Assembly: GCA_036985955.1 (NCBI GenBank)
Contig: BTQQ01000001.1
Location: forward strand, 1-54,361
DNA from: Zetaproteobacteria bacterium
GTDB lineage: Bacteria; Pseudomonadota; Zetaproteobacteria; Mariprofundales; Mariprofundaceae
Direction: 5' to 3'
DNA: 54,361 nucleotides
Part shown: piece by piece, positions 26,661 to 34,590 of the stretch
How positions within the stretch are numbered: the stretch's first letter is position 1
Layout: each line of letters opens with the position of its first letter
Notes under the pieces: generated by a model
Told to the model about the DNA's origin: nothing
Database searches by the model: none
Seen by the model: the letters and a program-made list of their open reading frames with translations, nothing else
Translations under genes and position numbers: made by a program

Positions 26661-28010
26661 ATGCAAAACAGCGGATTAAGAAACATGTTGCCACTGGTTG
26701 GAATCTATGCCCTGCGTATGCTCGGCTTGTTTATGATTTTGCCTGTGTTTGCACTGTATGCCGAACATTTGCATGGCAGCACCCCCATGCTGGCCGGCTT
26801 GGCACTGGGTGCATACGGCCTGACCATGGCCTTACTGCAGATTCCATTTGGCATGCTATCGGACCGTTTCGGGCGAAAGCCGGTGATTGCCGCCGGGTTA
26901 CTGTTATTCGCGTTGGGCGGGGTGGTTGCGGCTATGTCCGATTCGGTGACTGGCGTAATTGCAGGCAGGTTGCTGCAAGGCTCAGGAGCCATTGCAGCGG
27001 CTGTGATGGCGCTGATTGCCGATCTGACTGATGAATCTCAGCGTACCAAGGCCATGGCGGTATTCGGTATAGGAATTGGCGCTTCATTTACCTTCGCCCT
27101 GATCCTTGGTCCCATGCTGGATAGCTATATCGGCGTGGATGGTTTGTTCTGGCTTGCATCTGTATTTGGTATCGTCGGTATCGTCATTCTCTATCTGTTT
27201 GTGCCAAATCCTCAACACAGTCATATGCATCGTGATGTTGAAGTAGAGCCGATGAAACTCAAGCAGATATTAGCCAACCGGCAATTGCTACGTATGGATT
27301 CCGGCATCTTTTTTCTTCACACGATGATGACATCCACGTTCATTGCTTTGCCCTTTGCCCTGCGCAATGATGTGCATTTGCCAACGGAAGCGCATGTGTG
27401 GTTCTACCTCCCCATTCTGCTGGCTTCCGTAGCCGGTATGATTCCTCTGATTATTGTGGCAGAGAAATACGGGAAGATGAAACAGATTTTCACGGGATGT
27501 GTTGTTGCCCTGATTGTGGCGGAAGGGTTACTGGCGACGACACATCATTTCATGGCCGGACTCGTGGCCGGTACGTTTATCTATTTCGTGGCTTTCAATG
27601 CGCTCGAAGCAAGCCTGCCATCGCTGGTATCACGTATGGCCCCCGCGGCAGGAAAAGGGACTGCCATGGGTGTGTATTCTACCTCCCAGTTCTTCGGTGC
27701 ATTCTGCGGAGGTGTTTCCGGTGGCGTGATGTACGGAGCATTTGGTGTTGGCGGCGTATTCATGGTTAGCGCTGGCCTGGCGCTGATCTGGCTACTGGTT
27801 TGTCGTGGCATGCGTTTTCCCATGAACCTATCAAGCAAAATGATTCCTGTCGGTAGCATCAATCAGGTGGAAGCCGAAGCACTTGCTGGAAAGCTGAAGC
27901 AGGTACGCGGTGTCGAGGATGTTACGATAGCTCAGGAAGAGGGTGTGGCCTATCTGAAGGTGGATGAAAATCAGTATAACCCGGATGTAATTCCCGAATT
28001 GCTTAAGTGA
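26661..28010 (+). CDS. MFS transporter with a soluble C-terminal extension of about 60 aa
   Basis: MFS signature GMLSDRFGRKPVI and 12 predicted TM helices. The C-terminal tail reads INQVEAEALAGKLKQVRGVEDVTIAQEEGVAYLKVD. ATG at 26661 follows GAGGG. Confidence 0.85.
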   Translation: MQNSGLRNMLPLVGIYALRMLGLFMILPVFALYAEHLHGSTPMLAGLALGAYGLTMALLQIPFGMLSDRFGRKPVIAAGLLLFALGGVVAAMSDSVTGVIAGRLLQGSGAIAAAVMALIADLTDESQRTKAMAVFGIGIGASFTFALILGPMLDSYIGVDGLFWLASVFGIVGIVILYLFVPNPQHSHMHRDVEVEPMKLKQILANRQLLRMDSGIFFLHTMMTSTFIALPFALRNDVHLPTEAHVWFYLPILLASVAGMIPLIIVAEKYGKMKQIFTGCVVALIVAEGLLATTHHFMAGLVAGTFIYFVAFNALEASLPSLVSRMAPAAGKGTAMGVYSTSQFFGAFCGGVSGGVMYGAFGVGGVFMVSAGLALIWLLVCRGMRFPMNLSSKMIPVGSINQVEAEALAGKLKQVRGVEDVTIAQEEGVAYLKVDENQYNPDVIPELLK

Positions 28011-28100
28011 TGGTGATTTTCCAAAAAAACACCATTACATGCACGGACGGACTTTTTATGATGGAATCAAATGATTAGTTTGTATGGGGATTTGTGAAAA

Positions 28101-29276
28101 ATGCAGGTTAGCGCGTTCGCACTGTTTCGGCTCGGGTTTCGACCGTTTTTTCTGACTGCGGTATTGTTCTCGGTTATAGTCATGAGTATCTGGATGCTGC
28201 AACTTGTTTTTTCTATCAAAGTTCTTCCATCCGATATTACGCCAATGTTCTGGCATGCGCATGAAATGATTTATGGCTATGCGTTGGCGGTTGTGGCGGG
28301 TTTTCTCCTCACCGCTGTCAGAAACTGGACCAGGATTCAAACCATCCATGGCCTGCCTCTGCAATTGTTGCTTCTGTTCTGGGTTCTGGCCCGAATTGCA
28401 TCGCTGATTCCCGGTCCGCATGCCCTGATTGCAGGAGTGATTATGGATAATATATTCATCGCTTCTCTGTCACTTGCCATCACGATACCGGTTGTCCGGG
28501 CAAGGTTATGGAAGAATATGAGTGTGGTGTCCAAAATTTATTTTCTTCTGATTGGGAATATTATTTATTCTCTTGGCCTTCTCGGTATGTTTTCCGGCGG
28601 GGAACGCATCGGGATTTATATTGGGCTGTATATGATTCTCTCTCTGATTCTTGTGTTGTCACGCAGGGTTATGCCGATGTTCATTGAGGGAGGAGTGGGT
28701 TATACCGTATCCCTGAAAAATCATTTATGGGTGGATATCTCAGGATTCCTTCTATTTCTCACTTTTGCGGTCTCCGATACTTTCTTTACTACCCCCGCGT
28801 TGACCGCATGGCTGGCGGCCGCATTATTTATTCTACACTGTATTCGACTTTGGGGATGGCATACACATGGTATATGGGATAAACCATTACTGTGGGTGCT
28901 GTATCTTGCTTATGCATGGATCATCCTCGGTTTTGGGCTAAAATTTGTTGCTTTCATAGCCGGTATTCCGCCCTCGCTGGCGGTTCACGCGTTTACTGTT
29001 GGAGGCATCGGCATGATGACGCTGGGCATGATGGCGCGGGTGTCTCTGGGGCATACCGGAAGAAATATCATGCAGCCGCCATCCGGGCTTGGCCCGATAT
29101 TTTTCATGTTGTTTCTCGGCGCATTCGTGCGGGTTGTTTTTCCGCTGATGTTCGCGGGTCACTACCTGTTATGGATTGGAATATCGCAAGTGTTCTGGAT
29201 CGGGGCCTTTTCATTATTCCTGTATATCTATGCACCCATCCTGATACGCCCGCGTATCGATGGACAATGGGGTTAA
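28101..29276 (+). CDS. nnrS: NnrS family heme/copper membrane protein
   Basis: FRPFFL, WHAHEMIYGYALAVVAGFLLTAVRNWT and HAFTVGGIG, typical of NnrS. Confidence 0.85.
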   Translation: MQVSAFALFRLGFRPFFLTAVLFSVIVMSIWMLQLVFSIKVLPSDITPMFWHAHEMIYGYALAVVAGFLLTAVRNWTRIQTIHGLPLQLLLLFWVLARIASLIPGPHALIAGVIMDNIFIASLSLAITIPVVRARLWKNMSVVSKIYFLLIGNIIYSLGLLGMFSGGERIGIYIGLYMILSLILVLSRRVMPMFIEGGVGYTVSLKNHLWVDISGFLLFLTFAVSDTFFTTPALTAWLAAALFILHCIRLWGWHTHGIWDKPLLWVLYLAYAWIILGFGLKFVAFIAGIPPSLAVHAFTVGGIGMMTLGMMARVSLGHTGRNIMQPPSGLGPIFFMLFLGAFVRVVFPLMFAGHYLLWIGISQVFWIGAFSLFLYIYAPILIRPRIDGQWG

Positions 29277-29410
29277 CGTTACAACCATCCGGTGAGCCGT
29301 TTACTGACTATCTGCTCCCGTTGTGGTTTCTTGCAAGAAGAGCAAGCATTACTGCGGGAGCGCACCTTGTACCTGACCGGCTTGCAACTCGTTGAAGAGC
29401 GATTTCAGCG

Positions 29411-30004
29411 CTAGGTCCAGCGCAGCCAGTGGCGAATCGTGTTTGCGATATCTTCCGGTTTACTGGTGTGGCTCATGAGTTTGTCGAGGTTGCCATCCGG
29501 GCGGACAATGATGATGAAGGAAGCATGGCTGACGGTATAGTTACCCTTCTTGTCCGGTGCTTCTTTTTTATAGCCTGATAAAAAAGATTTCGCGGCGGCC
29601 TCAATCTCTTTTGAGTTACCGCTTAGCCCCACGATATGAGGATTAAAATGCCGGGCATATTTTGCCATCACTTCAGGAGTATCACGATCCGGGTCCGTGG
29701 TGATAAATACCGGTAGAACTTTGGCCAATTCATCTGAATCCAGCAACTTGAGTGCTGCTCCGATTCTAACCAGTGTGCCAGGGCAGACGTCGGGGCAATG
29801 GGTATAACCGAAGTAAATCACGCCAACCTTGCCCAGCATATCCTTGGAAGTGACTGGGCCATCGACACTATGTAGGGAAAATTTACCATGGATATCAGGA
29901 TAATGGCTGGGAGGCATCCTGTTCATGCTGTATATACCGAAGCCAAAAAAAGCTGCGGTAAGTCCGAGAAGGATGAAAGGAAAAATGTTGCGTTTGCGGC
30001 TCAT
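29411..30004 (-). CDS. SCO family copper chaperone/thiol-disulfide protein
   Basis: Canonical FGYTHCPDVCP motif, a distal His (VSHAS) and an N-terminal TM anchor. Confidence 0.9.
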   Translation of the reverse strand: MSRKRNIFPFILLGLTAAFFGFGIYSMNRMPPSHYPDIHGKFSLHSVDGPVTSKDMLGKVGVIYFGYTHCPDVCPGTLVRIGAALKLLDSDELAKVLPVFITTDPDRDTPEVMAKYARHFNPHIVGLSGNSKEIEAAAKSFLSGYKKEAPDKKGNYTVSHASFIIIVRPDGNLDKLMSHTSKPEDIANTIRHWLRWT

Positions 30005-30127
30005 AAATAGATGGCTCCATTGATAGTGGAATGGTATTTGCGACGAAGCATATCATCGGGGATGGTTTGTTACAGGGAATGCAGCTTCGGCTAAAATAAA
30101 TGTATTATCTAATGCAGGTGAAATTCT

Positions 30128-30541
30128 CTAAAATTGTTTCAGATATTCGATAATTTCCGTTCGTTCTTTCTCAGATTTAATACCCGGTATTGCCATAAGC
30201 GTGCTGGGCTTGATTCCGGTCGGGTCTTTCAACCACTGTCCCAGAGATTTTTCATCCCATTTTTTAAAGGGGACGCCTGATATGCTGGGGGCACGGCCAA
30301 CGATGCCCTTCAGGGGAGGCCCTACTTTGCTGATATTTCTGTCCATATAATGGCACGTGCCACATTTCTCATGGGCCAGTTTAGCGCCGGGAAGTGATTC
30401 TCTTGCCAAATTTTCAAGGGTTGAACTGATAATGCCGCTTGACGGGTGTTCTTCTTTATTCTGGCCGCATGCGGCCACATTCATGACCAGTATGACAGGC
30501 AGGATTCTGATAACAAAACGGCACATGAATAACCCTCTCAT
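30128..30541 (-). CDS. c-type cytochrome lipoprotein
   Basis: Lipobox NVAAC, heme motif CGTCH and a distal Met (STLMAIPG). It resembles the cytochrome at 13554. Confidence 0.8.
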   Translation of the reverse strand: MRGLFMCRFVIRILPVILVMNVAACGQNKEEHPSSGIISSTLENLARESLPGAKLAHEKCGTCHYMDRNISKVGPPLKGIVGRAPSISGVPFKKWDEKSLGQWLKDPTGIKPSTLMAIPGIKSEKERTEIIEYLKQF

Positions 30542-30600
30542 CTCTTGATAACAATGTTCATGATGAATGGTAGCACAAAGATATCCTACATATTAGAGGT

Positions 30601-30628
30601 TTGCTTTTGGCTGTGGAGGTGCTATAAA
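30601..30628 (+). promoter_or_regulatory. Putative sigma-70 promoter of the riboswitch-led operon
   Basis: TTGCTT, a 16-nt spacer, then TATAAA. It lies about 20 nt upstream of the riboswitch P1 stem. Confidence 0.4.
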
Positions 30629-30651
30629 TCGCAGTTGAAAATTTGATCCGG

Positions 30652-30780
30652 CTTTATCAAGAGCAGTGGAGGGTTTCAGGCCCTGTGAAACTGCGGCAAC
30701 CGGCCAACGATGTTAAAGTAAAACGTCCGAGGCGTCCGGTGCCAATGCCTGCTTCCTGATTGAAAGGAAGAGCGATGAGG
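30652..30780 (+). promoter_or_regulatory. SAM-I (S-box) riboswitch aptamer
   Basis: CUUUAUCAAGAGCAGUGGAGGGUUUCAGGCCCUGUGAAACUGCGGCAACC ... GGUGCCAAUGCCUGC ... AGCGAUGAGG matches the conserved S-box blocks (UAUCAAGAG, GGAGGG, GGCCC..UGAA, GCAACC, GGUGCCAAU.CC.GC, AG.GAUGAG). P1 closes as CUUUAUC/GAUGAGG. Confidence 0.9.
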
Positions 30781-30816
30781 TGCGGTTGTCAATGTTCGTG
30801 GATTTTACGCGCATAC

Positions 30817-30848
30817 AACCTCGCTTTATTCAGGCGGGGTTTCTTTTT
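30817..30848 (+). terminator. Riboswitch expression platform: intrinsic terminator
   Basis: Stem CCUCGC / GCGGGG with loop UUUAUUCAG, followed by UUUCUUUUU. The 5' arm (ACCUC) can alternatively pair with the P1 3' strand (GAGGU), which gives an anti-terminator logic. Confidence 0.75.
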
Positions 30849-30889
30849 GCCTGTTCTTCTTGATATCTCCGGTATTGGAGCTGTTTAAA

Positions 30890-32143
30890 ATGAGCAAGAG
30901 TATTGCGCGGGCACTGAAATGCCGGGAATGCGGCCAGGAATATGACATTGCGCCGGAGCATGTGTGCGAGTTCTGTTTCGGGCCGCTGGAAGTGGCCTAT
31001 GATTACGATAAGCTGGCCGGAAAATTCACCCGTGAATTGATTGAGTCACGCCCGCAAACAATGTGGCGCTATAAGGAATTGCTGCCGGTGGACGGCGATC
31101 CGACAGTGGGCGTACAGAATGGATTCACGCCACTGGTGCGTGCCCGTAACCTGGAAAAGGCGTTGGGCGTATCCGAGTTGTATATCAAGAATGATTCCGT
31201 GTGTTATCCAACACTGTCGTTTAAGGATCGTGTGGTTTCCGTGGCGTTGTCCAAGGCGGTGGAGTTTGGCTACAAAACCGTAGCCTGTGCTTCTACGGGC
31301 AATCTGGCCGGTTCGGTGGCGGCCAACGCAGCAGCTGCCGGACTCAAGTCCTATGTGTTCATTCCGCATGATCTGGAACGGGGTAAAGTGCTGGGCGCTG
31401 CCATTTATGGAACCACGATGATTGGTATCAAAGGCAATTATGACGATGTGAACCGCCTTTGCTCCGAAATCGCCGGAAAGTACGACTGGGCCTTTGTAAA
31501 CGTAAATGTGCGGCCATTCTATGCCGAAGGATCGAAAACGCTCTGTTATGAAGTGATGGAACAACTGGGCTGGCGCGCGCCGAAACATGTGGTGGTGCCG
31601 ATGGCATCGGGCTCGCTGTGCACCAAAATTCATAAGGCCATTAAGGAATTTGTTCAGCTCGGGCTGGTGGAGGATGTCGAGACCAGAATGTATGGTGCGC
31701 AAGCTACGGGTTGTTCACCAATTTCCAAATCGGTCAAGGAGGGGACGGACCTGATTCATCCGGTACGGCCTGATACCATTGCCAAATCGCTGGCCATTGG
31801 TAATCCGGCAGATGGTTATTATGCCAATCGGGTGATACGTGAAACCGGTGGATGGTCCGAGGATGTATCTGATGATGAAATTGTGGCAGCAATGCGCCTG
31901 CTGGCCGAAACCGAGGGCATCTTCACGGAAACTGCCGGGGGCGTTACCCTTGGTGTGGCGAAGAAGCTGATTGAGCAGGGCCGTATTCCGCGTGACGAAT
32001 CAATTGTCCTGTGTGTGACGGGCAACGGCCTGAAGACGCAGGAAGCGATTGCCGGTAAGGTGGCGGAACCACGTATTATAGGTCCAAGCCTGGATGAGTT
32101 TGATGCGCTGGCTGAGGCGGATGCGGCGCAGCTGGCGGCATAA
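30890..32143 (+). CDS. Threonine synthase-like PLP enzyme with N-terminal zinc ribbon (MetM-like candidate)
   Basis: CRECGQEY...CEFCFGPLE zinc ribbon, PLP-lysine motif LSFKDRVVSVAL and a fold-type II PLP core. ATG at 30890 follows GGAG. Confidence 0.85.
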   Translation: MSKSIARALKCRECGQEYDIAPEHVCEFCFGPLEVAYDYDKLAGKFTRELIESRPQTMWRYKELLPVDGDPTVGVQNGFTPLVRARNLEKALGVSELYIKNDSVCYPTLSFKDRVVSVALSKAVEFGYKTVACASTGNLAGSVAANAAAAGLKSYVFIPHDLERGKVLGAAIYGTTMIGIKGNYDDVNRLCSEIAGKYDWAFVNVNVRPFYAEGSKTLCYEVMEQLGWRAPKHVVVPMASGSLCTKIHKAIKEFVQLGLVEDVETRMYGAQATGCSPISKSVKEGTDLIHPVRPDTIAKSLAIGNPADGYYANRVIRETGGWSEDVSDDEIVAAMRLLAETEGIFTETAGGVTLGVAKKLIEQGRIPRDESIVLCVTGNGLKTQEAIAGKVAEPRIIGPSLDEFDALAEADAAQLAA

Positions 32144-32176
32144 TGTTAAGAAACAGCGAATAACAGGAGTGATAAC

Positions 32177-32458
32177 ATGAGTGTAACCGTACGTATCCCA
32201 ACCCCGTTGCGTAAGTTGACAGGTGGCACCGATGAGGTATCGGTTGATGCGGCCAACGTGGGTGAAATGATTGAGAATCTGGAGAGCGCACATGCCGGGT
32301 TGAAGGAGCGATTATGCGATGAATCCGGCGATATTCGACGTTTCGTGAACATTTATGTGAACGACGAAGATGTACGTTTCCTTCAAGGTAAAGATACGCC
32401 GCTGGCAGACAATGATCAGGTGTCCATTGTGCCCGCCATTGCAGGCGGGAACGCCTGA
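32177..32458 (+). CDS. CysO/MoaD/ThiS-family sulfur-carrier protein
   Basis: MSVTVRIPTPLRKLTGG ... RFVNIYVNDEDVRF ... VSIVPAIAGG-NA. It closely resembles CysO-type carriers. The Gly-Gly is followed by two extra residues. Confidence 0.85.
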   Translation: MSVTVRIPTPLRKLTGGTDEVSVDAANVGEMIENLESAHAGLKERLCDESGDIRRFVNIYVNDEDVRFLQGKDTPLADNDQVSIVPAIAGGNA

Positions 32459-32474
32459 GTATTCGGAGAAAGCT

Positions 32475-32714
32475 TTGAAACAGCGTGTTTATCTGACGTT
32501 TTCAAGAGAAACGGTACGTGAACCTCTGATCTGGAAGGTAGGGCGGGAGTTTGACGTGATTACCAATATCCGCACCGCTGAGGTGAAAGAGGACATGGGT
32601 CTCGTCGGACTGGAGCTTGAGGGTACACAGGATACCGTTGAGCAGGCTCTGGCCTGGCTTAAAGCACAGGGCGTACACGTCGAACCCATCGAGCAGAACA
32701 TTATCGAAGGCTGA
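32475..32714 (+). CDS. Stand-alone NIL-domain protein
   Basis: 79 aa, starting at a TTG after GGAG. The pattern EPLIWKVGREFDVITNIRTAEVKEDMGLVGLELEG..DTVEQALAWLKAQGVHVE is typical of the NIL (MetN C-terminal) fold. It contains no Cys. Confidence 0.7.
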   Translation: MKQRVYLTFSRETVREPLIWKVGREFDVITNIRTAEVKEDMGLVGLELEGTQDTVEQALAWLKAQGVHVEPIEQNIIEG

Positions 32715-32802
32715 GCATACATTATGGCTCGGGGTTTCCTTGTGCTATAAAGTACAGTAATATTGTTGTTGAAATAATTATTTACAGCATATGAGGTGTA
32801 TT

Positions 32803-33735
32803 ATGGTTATATTTAATAATATCGCGGAAACAGTGGGGCATACCCCCCTGGTGCGCTTGCAACGCATGGGTGGTGAGTTAAAGGCTGAAATTCTATTGAA
32901 GCTGGAATTCCGAAATCCACTGAACTCCGTTAAGGACCGTATTGGCAAGGCAATGATTGAGGCTGCCGAAGCGGATGGAAGCCTCAAACCGGGTGGCGTG
33001 ATTGTCGAACCGACCAGTGGCAATACAGGGATTGCGCTGGCATTCGTTGCGCGCGCCAAGGGGTATCGCTGTATATTGACCATGCCGGAATCCATGAGTC
33101 TGGAACGGCGCAAGTTGTTGAAATTACTGGGTGCGGAACTGCAATTAACACCGGCGGAAAAGGGCATGAAGGGTGCAATTGAAAAGGCAACTGAGATTGT
33201 CAGCAAGACCGAGGGCGCATTCATGCCACAGCAGTTTGAAAATCCGGCCAATCCGGAGATCCATCGCAAAACGACTGCGGAGGAAATCTGGGCGGATACG
33301 GATGGGAATGTCGATGCGATTATCGCGGGTGTAGGCACGGGTGGCACCATTACCGGTGTGGCCGAAGTGATTAAATCGCGTAATCCCGATTTTCAGGCTA
33401 TTGCGGTAGAGCCTGCTGATTCGCCTGTCATTTCCGGAGGCAAACCGGGACCGCACAAAATACAGGGTATTGGCGCGGGCTTTATTCCGAAGAATCTGAA
33501 CGTGGATATCGTTGATAGCGTGGAACAGGTCAGCAACGAAGATGCCTTGAGTACGGCACGTCGCTTATCGGATGAGGAAGGCATTGCCGGTGGCATTTCC
33601 TCCGGTGCGGCTATGGCCGCGGCACTGAAAGTGGCGGCAAGACCGGATATGGAAGGCAAACGTATCGTGGTCATCCTGCCATCCATGGCAGAACGCTATA
33701 TGTCCACGGATTTGTTTAAAGGAATTGAAGTTTAA
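32803..33735 (+). CDS. cysK: Cysteine synthase A (O-acetylserine sulfhydrylase)
   Basis: NSVKDR PLP lysine, [20 protein letters not shown] and C-terminal ERYMSTDLF. It is collinear with E. coli CysK. Confidence 0.92.
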   Translation: MVIFNNIAETVGHTPLVRLQRMGGELKAEILLKLEFRNPLNSVKDRIGKAMIEAAEADGSLKPGGVIVEPTSGNTGIALAFVARAKGYRCILTMPESMSLERRKLLKLLGAELQLTPAEKGMKGAIEKATEIVSKTEGAFMPQQFENPANPEIHRKTTAEEIWADTDGNVDAIIAGVGTGGTITGVAEVIKSRNPDFQAIAVEPADSPVISGGKPGPHKIQGIGAGFIPKNLNVDIVDSVEQVSNEDALSTARRLSDEEGIAGGISSGAAMAAALKVAARPDMEGKRIVVILPSMAERYMSTDLFKGIEV

Positions 33736-33754
33736 CAGTAACCGGAGGGTGTAA

Positions 33755-34579
33755 GTGATTGATTTTACAGAAGAACAAATTGAGCGCTATTCGCGCCATA
33801 TTATCCTGCCAGAGGTTGGCGGTGAGGGACAGTCAAGGTTGCTTGAGTCCAAGGTGTTTATGATTGGTGCAGGTGGACTGGGCAGTCCCGTGGCCTATTA
33901 TCTGGCGGCAGCAGGCGTGGGAACCATTGGCATCGCCGATGCCGATGTGGTGGATATGTCCAATCTCCAGCGCCAGATTATTCATAACAATGAACGTATT
34001 GGCATGGAAAAGGTGGAGAGCGCGAAAAAGACCATACAAGCGCTGAATCCGGATGTGAATGTTATTACCTACACCGAGCGTGTCACCGAGGAAAATGTGC
34101 GCGAGATTATTCGTGATTACGATCTGATTGTGGACGGTTGTGATAATTTCCCGACCCGTTTTCTGGTCAACGATGCCTGTTTTTTCGAGCAGAGAACACT
34201 GGTTTCAGGCGCGATGTTCCGCTTCGAAGGGCAAGTGACGACATTCAAGCCCCATACGGACAGGGAAGGCCCGTGCTATCGCTGCCTGTATCCCGAGCCG
34301 CCTCCGGCAGGTCTGGTACCAAGCTGTTCCGAAGCCGGGATTCTGGGCGCATTGGCCGGATCTGTAGGCACAATTCAGGCTGTGGAAGTGATTAAGGAGT
34401 TATTGGGTATTGGCAATTCCCTGTCCGGCTATCTTATGACCTTTGATGCGCTACGCATGGAGTGGCGTAAACTGAAGCTTCGCAAGGATCCGGCCTGCCC
34501 GTTGTGCTCGGAAAAAGCGACCATCAAGGATTTGATTACTTATGATGAGGCGTGTGAATTGCGCGCCGCTCAAGCCTGA
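33755..34579 (+). CDS. ThiF/MoeB-family E1-like adenylyltransferase (no rhodanese domain)
   Basis: RYSRHIILPEVG, GAGGLGS and two CxxC pairs (CYRC, CPLC). The GTG start follows GGAGGG. Confidence 0.88.
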   Translation: MIDFTEEQIERYSRHIILPEVGGEGQSRLLESKVFMIGAGGLGSPVAYYLAAAGVGTIGIADADVVDMSNLQRQIIHNNERIGMEKVESAKKTIQALNPDVNVITYTERVTEENVREIIRDYDLIVDGCDNFPTRFLVNDACFFEQRTLVSGAMFRFEGQVTTFKPHTDREGPCYRCLYPEPPPAGLVPSCSEAGILGALAGSVGTIQAVEVIKELLGIGNSLSGYLMTFDALRMEWRKLKLRKDPACPLCSEKATIKDLITYDEACELRAAQA

Positions 34580-34590
34580 GGAGCAGGAAC

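Noticed and set aside
28050-28100. FNR/NnrR- or NsrR-like site upstream of nnrS (TTATGATGGAATCAAATGATT)
   Set aside because: The half-site spacing does not fit TTGAT-N4-ATCAA. Only an AATCA-N2-TGATT inverted repeat, in the wrong orientation, is present. That is not convincing.
28892-29395. 167-aa plus-strand ORF overlapping the nnrS 3' end
   Set aside because: It is an alternative frame of nnrS running into the intergenic hairpin region. Its Arg/Gly-rich composition and lack of an RBS argue against coding.
31046-31702. 218-aa minus-strand ORF, plus the similar 32778-33350 minus-strand ORF
   Set aside because: They are antisense to the ThrC-like and cysK genes respectively. Neither has motifs or an RBS, and both are overlapped end to end by strongly supported genes.
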